64,000 nt of DNA from Lingula anatina (taxonomy: Eukaryota; Animalia; Brachiopoda): NCBI GenBank assembly GCA_051362555.1, contig CM120646.1, positions 3,410,001 to 3,474,000 of the forward strand. The letters are read 5' to 3'. The translations under genes were made by a program, and so were the position numbers. Below, piece after piece: positions 51,591-64,000 of this stretch. How positions within the stretch are numbered: the stretch's first letter is position 1; each line of letters starts with the position of its first letter. The notes under the pieces were generated by a model that was given only the letters and a program-made list of their open reading frames with translations, had not been told where the DNA came from and ran no database searches.

Positions 51591-54500
51591 ATCTCAGATA
51601 GGACTATTGATTTGCGAGTTCAATCTTCTTGTGTACAGTGTCCTAACAACGAGCTTTCCGACCTCTGCCAGTGTGTAAACCTATATATATTTTGGCCCTT
51701 TACTGTCAAGCGGAGAAAACTGAAGTGCCGTCGTATGGACAACAATACAGGGAATATGTTTATATGTTGTTGCGTTTCCAACCAACACCGCCAATTTGTT
51801 ATACAGTACATTTATGCTTTATTCCAATAATCAATGATTGCATTTGTCAGTCTTTAAAAATATAGTGCAGAGAAAGCCACATGTAAACGGGTACTTTCGG
51901 GTCTTTTGTGACATTCTTTTAAGTTTTAATATGAAAAATAAGTTAGAAAACTCTCCTTTATCTGATATACAGAAACCAATAGTCTAAAACAAGTGGGGCA
52001 CTTGCGCTGAGGTGATTCATCCCCAGAAATGGACTGCATGACGTCACGCATAGCCCACTGCGCATGCGTGCATTTTTAATACGTTGCTAGATTGCCATAG
52101 ATAAATGAATGGGTTCGCGATTCGTGGGTAATTCGTGATACTTGACAAACTAACGGCCTGCTGTCGATAGACAGCAACGCTGTGCTATGCTTCAAGCAAC
52201 TCCTGACCAATAGGGTTTAAAAAAATTATGTTGTACACACGTACTAAGAAGTTTGCCGTGCATTGCCTAGCCTACCCTCAGCAAAACGAAATTATTTTCA
52301 GAAATAGTGATTTTAGACTGTAGATTCACTCAGAAACAAAGGCAAACTAATTCGTTGCCGATAGCACCAGCAGATGGCAGCACCATACAGAGTCTGTTTT
52401 AAAACTTTCATGGCAATTGAAGAACTTTTACCACTGTACAATGGAGTCCAAAAAAAAAAAAAAAAAAAAAAAAAAAGCACTTGGCACAAATGTAAAACTG
52501 TCCAGTGCAAGGCCAAGAATTCAATCATTTTCAATCATATTATCAGATTCTACATAAATTGACTGACAATATCACTATTTAATTAATCTCTTAATCCAAA
52601 ATTCCTATCATCATTTAGTAATTATGCAAAATTCTTCTTTCAGATTGCTATTTATTTTAATTTTTTCATGCTGCAACTGTTCCAAAATAATCTTGCAGAA
52701 AAGGAAAAATACAAAATAGAAGTGGAAGACCATTTTTACTCAAATTATTCATTTATTTGAATATAAAAAGAATAAGATCACTATTTAACAACTTAAAATA
52801 ATATTTCATGAACTCTTTCATAAATAACATATTAAACAAAAATAATAGTTATAAATTAGTGGTAATGGCTTATTCTGAAATATATGACCTCTGCACACCA
52901 TCAGTACTTGGTACAGTATAGTTACTTCTTGGATACAGAGTTATATTTTTTATAATGTAACAATAAGAACAATATATATTACAATAAACTCCTCTGCACA
53001 TGTCAGACGCTAGTTACTACGAACTAACACTCGAGCACTTATCACAGAGTCTGTGTACGATGACATTGTTGTGCTGTGATTGGCTAGTTAAGTCACGTGA
53101 AGCCCTACTGTAGCGCCCTCGCGTATCGCGTGAAAGCTGCGCATTATTGGCCTTTCAGCCAGAACTTCTAACACAGTCAGCGAGCCTTTCAGATTCATGG
53201 TGAACTTACTAAATGTAGGTCTATTTAACACCTGTCTGTCTCGTTTTTTTTTCCTTTTTGACACATGCATTGCATTTTTAAACACGAACGCTTCTTATGT
53301 TTGAGAATTCTGAAATATATGAAACGTCGCCAAGCTGACTTTAAAAATGTTAAAGACTGTCTTAACCAAACAGACTAAGCGTGCTCGAAAGGTATACTGG
53401 AGTATCTGATTTGTTTTGTTAAATGAGCTTTGAAATTTTCATCATATGACTAACAATGTCACATCACTCCAATGCAGAGGTACTCCTTCCATCTTAAAAC
53501 ATAAAAACACACGCATGCATGCATGCATACATGTATGAGCACACACACACACACACACACATTAAGCGATAAAAGGCAAAACCAATACATTTACCGTCCT
53601 GTGTCCTATATAACTAGTTAACTGTCCTTATTAACAGTGTACTACATTAGGTTTACATAACATCTACCAGGGTGAGTGAGGTGATTTCTTTCAGTTTTAA
53701 TTGTCACCTTTGCCAAAGATTGTAAAGATTTCCTTTGCCAAAGATTGTGAATTCTTCCAGACTATCTACATCTACAGTAGGTCTCGACTATAACTATTGC
53801 TGCATTTTTCTCCACTTCTAGACGAGGCCATATAAAATGTTTCACTAACTTTGGTAGGCCTATAATATTTTTAGGCCATTTAGAATTACAAACAACTTTG
53901 TGGGTACTGGTATCAGCAGTGATTTTGGTCGGTGATTACACATTCATTGCCCCAAATCAAAACAATTATATATACTGGGTATTTGTCGATAAAAAAACTA
54001 CGTAAACTTGATTTTAGTATGATAGTGCTATGCCATAAATACCCAGTAAGCAATAAACAGAATATCCTCACATAACAATAACGCTGAGTTTTTGGTTTAA
54101 ATAAAATGCTTTAAGTAATACAGGTCATGCATTTCTCGACTTCATACAATACGGTACGTTCTATTTACCTTTGCAAATTATTTTTATTTTTATTATTATT
54201 ATAATTATTATTGTTACAATCTACATTCTATTATGGCTTCAACAAGGTCTAATATCATCACATAATTTACATATCAGAACGTCGTATTTAAAAAAGATAT
54301 TTTATGCGCCGTTTGAGGCCCATAAACAGTTCATTAATAAACTGCCATCTCTTACTTCATCCTGGTGAAATATTTGGATGGACATCAAAGTTCTCTTAAA
54401 CTTTTGCCAAAGTTTCTTTATGAAGAAACTTGATCACAACACATTAGATTTGATGGGTCTCAGTCTACACTTAAATTACTGATATGTACACGAGTATTAA

Positions 54501-54664
54501 CCTAACATTGTGCCATTAGTCAGTCTGTGCATTAGCCAGACCTAGCATTAGTCAGTCTTTGCATTAGCCAGACTTAGCATTAGTCAGTCTTTGCATTAGC
54601 CAGTCTCAACATTAGCCGGTCTTTGCATTAGTCAGTCTTATCAATGGCCATTCTTAGCATTGTT

Positions 54665-55684
54665 TTAAGCTGAGAACAGCTGTGGTGTCGAGTCTTCTGT
54701 ACACAAAATACACATCCAGAAGACTGGGGCAACATCTCTAAGAAAAGATGACAGTGGACCCATCCAACCTCGCACAGAATTCTCGCTGCTTGCATCCTCC
54801 ACAGCGTCTTGGCCCTGTCTCTCTTCGGCTGTGTCTTCGCCCATGGCTTCGCAATCCCTGTCTTCACGGTTTGGGCCCTGAAAAACTTTCGACTGTGTTT
54901 TGGACATAGGTGAGACGGGACTGTACCAGTCCACAGGGGGTGAGGAAGAACCACGGTCTTTAGGAGCGGCCGCATTTCCCTCACTGAAATTCTGATTTAA
55001 TGGCTCCAGTCGCGCTGTAACGGAGTCACGGCCGGTGCCAACATGCACAAGTGGTGGTGGTGGTAAATCCTGACTCGGATTATCCCCGGGAGAACTCGGA
55101 CCTGGTTGAGGTTGTCCTTCCACAGTTTGGTGCCTTACATCGTCGTTGAAGTGCGGTCCATATGAGCTTTCGACCCTTGTCTGACGTACTCCATCCCGAG
55201 GTTCTAGTGTCTTCATTCCCTTGTTTTGAAAGGAATAAAGAAATAATTTAATTTAATTTGTTATATTACAAATAATATGTTTTAGAATGCACATGTTGAA
55301 ATGACGACATCTGTTATTCAAGTGTATTTGGATGATACACATTTAGGTCTCCTATTAGATCAAGAGCAAAACAAATATGAAAAACAAATCATTTACATGT
55401 GAGAACATGCAATTTAACCAAAACGTTGATTTATCGTGCAACTTTCGATTGTGGTGTATATTTTTTGTCATTGCAGATATTCGGAGTAGTATATCACGTA
55501 ATTAAACCTGAATTAACTATTGTTCATAAAATTAGATATTTATACCTCTTGCTGGCATTCCAAGCCGTCAGACTGTGTCTGGAGAAGAGGGGGAGGTTGG
55601 CCACCCCTGAAAAATAAAGAAAATGAAAATAAATGAAATTTGAAATAAGCTAAAATTACAACAATTTTATCAGTTCCTTTTTAG

Positions 55685-55731
<47 letters not shown>

Positions 55732-56191
55732 AGAAAGTGGGAGGGGGTCGAAATAGGTAAAGTTTGGTATTTCTCATTAGGTTCTAAGTTAAATAAAATC
55801 TTACTTCAGTTTACAACCCATTTTTAAAGAAAAACCATTTTAATAAAAGACATGAAACTTAAATTTAAAAATTGACAAAGCGAAGCAGGAGGACGAGGGG
55901 GCTCCCTGTAGCCCTCTGTATCTGCCTCTCGGTATGCATCTGACTATCAGATTATTTTATATATAATTATATATATATGGAATAATATATAATTATGATT
56001 AAATTTACACCTCATTCAGCTCTCAATCATGGAAACCACTCGGAGAGGAGTACAATGCATTATGGTAAAGAAATTAACATACGTGACGTCATCTTGTGAA
56101 TAAAGGACGTCGCATGGCGGAACTGACTCTTCCTGTGGTCGACTTATTTCTCCATTGCTTTCATCGCCTGGTCCTTCGTTATTCCCGTCAT
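54665..56191 (-). CDS. Tail module 6 (C-type): exons 56191-56083, 55606-55546, 55219-54665
   Basis: Intact splice sites and frame. Confidence 0.75.
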
Positions 56192-58341
56192 CTGCAAATA
56201 TATTAACAATATTTAAGGGACCAAATTCAACTCACATTCTAAATTCTACTTAAAAACTAGACAGCAGAGCTGTCAAATATACAGATACCATAGAGGAAAC
56301 AAGGCAGCAAAGCTGACAAATGTTCAGTACACAGAAAAGAGTGCGCCAAATATTTTGACCAATTCTAGTGCACTGTTTCCGGGTACATAATGCTTTATAA
56401 CAGCATAATCACTCTTACCCTATTACATTATGTACTACAGGTAACATGGACATTGAAATACTAGCAAGTAATTCAGTTTCATGGGATAGAAAAGCCACTG
56501 AAAATGTGTAAAAAATAAAATAAATATAAAAAAAAGATTAATTACCATAAACATAAACCTATCATGCCGATTTTTGAAAGCAACCTGCCTTTTAATCAAA
56601 CAAAGCCACGAAGTAAATTTAAAGTAAAACGAAAATATAGTTTGATAACCGATAATGCTGATTTTTGAAAGCAACCTGATTTTTTACCAAACAATGCCAC
56701 TCAGTAACTTTAAAGCAAAACAAAAATACGTTTTAGAAACTAAAGGATGAACGTCACCAACATTTTGCAAGAAAACAAAAGTGTACGGTTAGGAAGTTAT
56801 GGGGCAAAAATTATGAAAAAAAAGAAACAAAATAATTACCATAAATGTAAACCGATCATGCTTATTTTCGAAAGCAACCAGCTTCTTTACCAATTGAACA
56901 AAGCCACTCAGTAAATTTAAAGTAAACAAAAATAAGGTCTGGAAGATGTGGGGCGAACGTCACCAAAATGTGAAAAAAAAAGAATTATTGCCGTAAATGA
57001 AAACAGATCGTGCCGATCTTCGAAAGTGACCTGCCTCTTTACCAATTAAAGCCACTCAGCAAATTTAAAGTAAAACAAAAATACGGTTTGGAAGTTATGG
57101 GGCGAAGGTCATGTGTCGGATAGCGACAGCGACAGCGAGGACACACAAATCAGAATTACATGTGTCTGTATATAAATAGCAAAAAGAAAGAAAACGCGGT
57201 ATTCCGGCGGCTGGTTTCCTTAACAACGTACCAACAAATAACTGACAACAAATAAACAGCCTATCAGACATTTGAAACCCCCTGTATTGCCTAGAACAAC
57301 AGAAAAGCAACTAAGTGTGTATACAAGCAATATGGGGAGCGTATGTAACTATGGTGACCTCAGATTATTCCAATCTCTAAGTCAAGAACAAATGTAAATA
57401 TGGCGCTTGATTACACCCTAGTTTTTACCACCTAGTTTTTTCGCGATGACGGTTATATGCATAAGGATAAGGATGTTTTGTTTTATAATATTTTTTATTA
57501 AAGAGATAACAGCTCTTCATTTGAAATTAAAAATCCCACAATGCATACATTGTAAGCAACACAGAGAAATCTTATAAATTCCATTCTACAACCAAAACGG
57601 TGGCCATCGCAATTATTCTGAAATCTGCTTGCCATCGGACATCGTGGACCTTCATAGTTAGCTACCCTACGACCCTCCCCCCCACCCCCACCCCAAAAAA
57701 AAAAACACTTAAAAATCATGCAATCGACTAACTTTGAATGTTGGAGCAGATTCATTATCCACTACTAAAGATGGGAACACCGTCGGTCAAAAAAAATTAA
57801 ACTTTGGTCTGTAAACACCATGGACCCATGGTCATTTACATTTTTTAATTGATCACTTTTACGTTGCAAGGTATTCTGATATAATATCTGGAAAATAATA
57901 TTATATATAAAACGGGAAAGACCCACTGTTGGTTTCTTTGTCAACGTGCTGAACTCGACTCAGCCTATGACTAATTTGTATTGACAATAACAAAAAAGCC
58001 GCTCGCTTGGAAAAAAATCTATAGCCTACAAAAGGGTCAATATTATATATAAAAAAAGCCCCGTTGGTTTCTTTGTCAACGTACTGTAACACAACTCGAC
58101 TCAGCCCATGACTCATTTGAAATCCACGGTATTAACAATAATAATAATAATTATAATAATTATAATAAAAGTCGGATGAAGTCCATACAAAAGAGTTTAC
58201 AAACAACTTTGCGATCACGGCTATTATCAGTGATCTGAGTTTTCTGAATTTACATATTTGTCCAATGATCTATTTATTCATTCAGCAAGTTGTTTTTCTT
58301 CATATTTTCTTGTATCAATGTATTACATTACATTAAATTAA

Positions 58342-58551
58342 ATTACCTCCGCCAAGGAGGTTATGTTTTCACCCCTGTTTGTTTGTCCGTCTGTCATCAA
58401 CATAACTCAAAAAGTTATGGACCGATTTTGATGAAATTTTCAGGAACTGTCAGAAGTGGGCCAAGGTACAGATGATTAGTTTTTGGTGGTGATCGAAATT
58501 TTAGGGTTGAAACGGCATTGGATGGAGACTTTGCTGCCTTGGTGAAGGTCT
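58342..58551 (+). mobile_element. HINE-like element, copy 4
   Basis: Same sequence and position as 28051-28260. Confidence 0.65.
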
Positions 58552-58611
58552 TGTTTATAATATATCGAGAGAGAGAGAGAGAGAGAGAGAGAATCAAACT
58601 CTCTTTTTCTA

Positions 58612-59133
58612 CTACCGACCTTGTACCGGCTGTGCAACACCCGCAGTCAGCGCTCTCCGCAACTTATCCAGCGCTTCTGGGTCATCTTCTGGTAGGACTG
58701 CGGCAGCTTCAAAGTAAAGGCATTTTATAACTCTATATTTCTTCATCTTGTCGTTAATATCTTGAACGGTAACGCCGAGGGCACATACGGGTATGAACTG
58801 GGCACGTCCCAACCGATCTAATAAGGCACTGTCAGCAATATATTTGCTCCAGCAGTCTTGGATGAAAGCCGGGCATATGACTGGTACAAAAAACTTCGAC
58901 TTTTTTAAAACATCAAAACGTCCGTCAAAAACACTCTGTCCAGGGTTCACGTCATTGCAGTCAAAGAACACTTTCAGGTTACATTTTGTTTCGAAATATT
59001 TTGCAAGGGCACACGCAAAGTCAATATTTTTTCTTATAGCTTCCTCGCCTGCGTTTCCTGTCGCCAGTTCACGATCATAGCCCAACAAGTAAACGTCATA
59101 CATGTAAGGCTCTACACTCAAACTGGCCGCCAT
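58612..59133 (-). CDS. TIR-domain exon, class C; predicted to splice at 58620 to tail module 6
   Basis: TIR motifs as in the other class C copies. Confidence 0.88.
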   Translation of the reverse strand: MAASLSVEPYMYDVYLLGYDRELATGNAGEEAIRKNIDFACALAKYFETKCNLKVFFDCNDVNPGQSVFDGRFDVLKKSKFFVPVICPAFIQDCWSKYIADSALLDRLGRAQFIPVCALGVTVQDINDKMKKYRVIKCLYFEAAAVLPEDDPEALDKLRRALTAGVAQPVQGR

Positions 59134-59272
59134 ATCTCAGATACTGGTTTGGGAGTGCAATATTCTTGAGTAGGGTGTTCTGACAACGAGGTTTTCGACT
59201 CCTATTGTCAAGCGAAGAACAAGGAAGTGCCGTCGCGTCCGAATACAGTTTGGGTTGTACTAGTGGGCAACA

Positions 59273-59407
59273 CTACAGGAGCGCTTCCGTAAATTTTTCA
59301 CTTCTCGTTATAGCTTCCTCGTCTGCGTTTCCTGTTAACATTGTTCTATCACAGCTCAACAATAAAACGTCATATTTCCTCTGCTCCGATCTGCAACTTG
59401 CCGCCAT
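59273..59407 (-). pseudogene. 5' TIR fragment / 44-aa upstream ORF, copy 3
   Basis: Same junction as 43606-43740. Confidence 0.85.
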
Positions 59408-60265
59408 ATCTCAGATAGGACTATTGATTTGTGAGTTCAATCTTCTTGTGTACAGTGTCCTAACAACGAGCTTTCCGACCTCTGCCAGTGTGTAAACCTA
59501 TATATATTTTGGCCCTTTACTGTCAAGCGGAGAAAACTGAAGTGCCGTCGTATGGACAACAATACAGGGAATATGTTTATATGTTGTTGCGTTTCCAACC
59601 AACACCGCCAATTTGTTATACAGTACATTTATGCTTTATTCCAATAATCAATGATTGCATTTGTCAGTCTTTAAAAATATAGTGCAGAGAAAGCCACATG
59701 TAAACGGGTACTTTCGGGTCTTTTGTGACATTCTTTTAAGTTTTAATATGAAAAATAAGTTAGAAAACTCTCCTTTATCTGATATACAGAAACCAATAGT
59801 CTAAAACAAGTGGGGCACTTGCGCTGAGGTGATTCATCCCCAGAAATGGACTGCATGACGTCACGCATAGCCCACTGCGCATGCGTGCATTTTTAATACG
59901 TTGCTAGATTGCCATAGATAAATGAATGGGTTCGCGATTCGTGGGTAATTCGTGATACTTGACAAACTAACGGCCTGCTGTCGATAGACAGCAACGCTGT
60001 GCTATGCTTCAAGCAACTCCTGACCAATAGGGTTTAAAAAAATTATGTTGTACACACGTACTAAGAAGTTTGCCGTGCATTGCCTAGCCTACCCTCAGCA
60101 AAACGAATTTATTTTCAGAAATAGTGATTTTAGACTGTAGATTCACTCAGAAACAAAGGCAAACTAATTCGTTGCCGATAGCACCAGCAGATGGCAGCAC
60201 CATACAGAGTCTGTTTTAAAACTTTCATGGCAATTGAAGAACTTTTACCACTGTACAATGGAGTC

Positions 60266-60306
<41 letters not shown>

Positions 60307-61365
60307 CACTTGGCACAAATGTAAAACTGTCCAGTGCAAGGCCAAGAATTCAATCATTTTCAATCATATTATCAGATTCTACATAAATTGACTGACAATA
60401 TCACTATTTAATTAATCTCTTAATCCAAAATTCCTATCATCATTTAGTAATTATGCAAAATTCTTCTTTCAGATTGCTATTTATTTTAATTTTTTCATGC
60501 TGCAACTGTTCCAAAATAATCTTGCAGAAAAGGAAAAATACAAAATAGAAGTGGAAGACCATTTTTACTCAAATTATTCATTTATTTGAATATAAAAAGA
60601 ATAAGATCACTATTTAACAACTTAAAATAATATTTCATGAACTCTTTCATAAATAACATATTAAACAAAAATAATAGTTATAAATTAGTGGTAATGGCTT
60701 ATTCTGAAATATATGACCTCTGCACACCATCAGTACTTGGTACAGTATAGTTACTTCTTGGATACAGAGTTATATTTTTTATAATGTAACAATAAGAACA
60801 ATATATATTACAATAAACTCCTCTGCACATGTCAGACGCTAGTTACTACGAACTAACACTCGAGCACTTATCACAGAGTCTGTGTACGATGACATTGTTG
60901 TGCTGTGATTGGCTAGTTAAGTCACGTGAAGCCCTACTGTAGCGCCCTCGCGTATCGCGTGAAAGCTGCGCATTATTGGCCTTTCAGCCAGAACTTCTAA
61001 CACAGTCAGCGTGCCTTTCAGATTCATGGTGAACTTACTAAATGTAGGTCTATTTAACACCTGTCTGTCTCGTTTTTTTTCCTTTTTGACACATGCATTG
61101 CATTTTTAAACACGAACGCTTCTTATGTTTGAGAATTCTGAAATATATGAAACGTCGCCAAGCTGACTTTAAAAATGTTAAAGACTGTCTTAACCAAACA
61201 GACTAAGCGTGCTCGAAAGGTATACTGGAGTATCTGATTTGTTTTGTTAAATGAGCTTTGAAATTTTCATCATATGACTAACAATGTCACATCACTCCAA
61301 TGCAGAGGTACTCCTTCCATCTTAAAACATAAAAACACACGCATGCATGCATGCATACATGTATG

Positions 61366-61406
<41 letters not shown>

Positions 61407-62476
61407 TAAGCGATAAAAGGCAAAACCAATACATTTACCGTCCTGTGTCCTATATAACTAGTTAACTGTCCTTATTAACAGTGTACTACATTAGGTTTAC
61501 ATAACATCTACCAGGGTGAGTGAGGTGATTTCTTTCAGTTTTAATTGTCACCTTTGCCAAAGATTGTAAAGATTTCCTTTGCCAAAGATTGTGAATTCTT
61601 CCAGACTATCTACATCTACAGTAGGTCTCGACTATAACTGTTGCTGCATTTTTCTCCACTTCTAGACGAGGCCATATAAAATGTTTCACTAACTTTGGTA
61701 GGCCTATAATCTTTTTAGGCCATTTAGAATTACAAACAACTTTGTGGGTACTGGTATCAGCAGTGATTTTGGTCGGTGATTACACATTCATTGCCCCAAA
61801 TCAAAACAATTATATATACTGGGTATTTGTCGATAAAAAAACTACGTAAACTTGATTTTAGTATGATAGTGCTATGCCATAAATACCCAGTAAGCAATAA
61901 ACAGAATATCCTCACATAACAATAACGCTGAGTTTTTGGTTTAAATAAAATGCTTTAAGTAATACAGGTCATGCATTTCTCGACTTCATACAATACGGTA
62001 CGTTCTATTTACCTTTGCAAATTATTTTTATTTTTATTATTATTATAATTATTATTGTTACAATCTACATTCTATTATGGCTTCAACAAGGTCTAATATC
62101 ATCACATAATTTACATATCAGAACGTCGTATTTAAAAAAGATATTTTATGCGCCGTTTGAGGCCCATAAACAGTTCATTAATGAACTGCCATCTCTTACT
62201 TCATCCTGGTGAAATATTTGGATGGACATCAAAGTTCTCTTAAACTTTTGCCAAAGTTTCTTTATGAAGAAACTTGATCACAACACATTAGATTTGATGG
62301 GTCTCAGTCTACACTTAAATTACTGGAATGTACACGAGTATTAACCTTACATTGTGCCATTAGTCAGTCTGTGCATTAGCCAGACCTAGCATTAGTCAGT
62401 CTTTGCATTAGCCAGACTCAACATTAGCCGGTCTTTGCATTAGTCAGTCTTATCAATGGCCATTCTTAGCATTGTT

Positions 62477-63496
62477 TTAAGCTGAGAACAGCTGTGGTGT
62501 CGAGTTTTCTGTACACAAAATACACATCCAGAAGACTGGGGCAACATCTCTAAGAAAAGATGACAGTGAACCCATCCAACCTCGCACAGAATTCTCGCTG
62601 CTTGCATCCTCCACAGCGTCTTGGCCCTGTCTCTCTTCGGCTGTGTCTTCGCCCATGGCTTCGCAATCCCTGTCTTCACGGTTTGGGCCCTGAAAAACTT
62701 TCGACTGTGTTTTGGACATAGGTGAGACGGGGCTGTACCAGTCCACAGGGGGTGAGGAAGAACCACGGTCTTCAGGAGCGGCCGCATTTCCCTCACTGAA
62801 ATTCTGATTTAATGGCTCCAGTCGCGCTGTAACGGAGTCACGGCCGGTGCCAACATGCACAAGTGGTCGTGGTGGTAAATCCTGACTCGGATTATCCCCG
62901 GGAGAACTCGGACCTGGTTGAGGTTGTCCTTCCACAGTTTGGTGCCTTACATCGTCGTTGAAGTGCGGTCCATATGAGCTTTCGACCCTTGTCTGACGTA
63001 CTCCATCCCGAGGTTCTAGTGTCTTCATTCCCTTGTTTTGAAAGGAATAAAGAAATAATTTAATTTAATTTGTTATATTACAAATAATATGTTTTAGAAT
63101 GCACATGTTGAAATGACGACATCTGTTATTCAAGTGTATTTGGATGATACACATTTAGGTCTCCTATTAGATCAAGAGCAAAACAAATATGAAAAACAAA
63201 TCATTTACATGTGAGAACATGCAATTTAACCAAAACGTTGATTTGTCGTGCAACTTTCGATTGTGGTATATATTTTTTGTCATTGCAGATATTCGGAGTA
63301 GTATATCACGTAATTAAACCTGAAGTAACTATTGTTCATAAAATTAGATATGTATACCTCTTGCTGGCATTCCAAGCCGTCAGACTGTGTCTGGAGAAGA
63401 GGGGGAGGTTGGCCACCCCTGAAAAATTAAGAAAATGAAAATATATGAAATTTGAAATAAGCTGAAATAACAACAATTTTATCAATTCCTTTTTAG

Positions 63497-63541
<45 letters not shown>

Positions 63542-64000
63542 AGAAAATGGGAGGGGTCGAAATAGGTAAAGTTTGGTATTTCTCATTAGGTTTTAAGTTA
63601 AATAAAATCTTACTTCAGTATACAACCCATTTTTAAAGAAAACCCATTATAATAAAAGACATAAAACTTAAATTTAAAAATTCACAAAACGAAGCAGGAG
63701 GACGAGGGGGCTCCCTGTAGCCCTGTGTATCTGCCTCTCGGTATGCTTCTGACTATCAGATTATTTTATATATAATTTTATATATATATATGGAATAATC
63801 TGATAATCATATTATTCCATATATAATTATGATTAAATTTACACCTCATTCAGCTCTCAATCATGGAAACCACTCGGAGAGGAGTACAATGCATTATGGT
63901 TAAGATATTAACATACGTGACGCCGTCGCATGGCGGAACTGACTCTTCCTTTGGTCGACTTAATTCTCCATTGCTTTCATCGCCTGGTCCTTCGTTATTC
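62477..64000 (-). CDS. Tail module 7 (A-type): exons >64000-63917, 63418-63358, 63031-62477; its TIR exon lies beyond the window
   Basis: Short PPCDGV form of the first tail exon, and intron variants matching modules 1-3. Confidence 0.72.

Larger units (their letters stand above)
1..64000 (-). repeat. Tandem segmental array of TIR-gene units (7 promoter-like blocks, 10 TIR exons, 7 tail modules), open at both window ends
   Basis: The same TGACGTCA landmark recurs at 6801, 18273, 29289, 36389, 44189, 52039 and 59856 (spacings 11472, 11016, 7100, 7800, 7850, 7817). ORFs recur nearly identically in the ORF track. Confidence 0.97.

Noticed and set aside
1-64000. Entire array as an assembly artefact
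   Set aside because: Units differ by class-specific substitutions, transposon insertions, deletions and microsatellite lengths. The exact number of near-identical units still needs read-depth confirmation.

Overview
AT-rich animal genomic DNA (introns, microsatellites, poly-A tracts; species not identifiable) consisting entirely of a young tandem gene array on the minus strand. It holds 10 near-complete TIR-domain exons in three sequence classes: A at 1234/12939/24399, B at 5833/17306/35422, C at 42945/50795/58612, plus one B/C mosaic at 28319. It also holds three 5' TIR fragments and 7 copies of a three-exon 'tail' module encoding an acidic, Pro/Ser/Gly-rich low-complexity region with a hydrophobic, Cys-containing C-terminus. 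The ORF track shows the TIR ORF and the 183-aa ORF as separate. Reading splice sites by hand joins them through phase-compatible GT-AG exons (511+91+61+555 nt, 405 aa) into one putative TIR adaptor with a TRIF/MAVS-like layout. Repeat units are about 11.5, 11.0, 7.1, 7.8, 7.85 and 7.8 kb and each carries one CRE/NRF1/CCAAT/CTCF-like block. Unequal crossovers, mosaics, independent C-terminal lesions and two non-autonomous transposon families are visible. All gene models and functions are inferred from sequence alone, without expression or database evidence.
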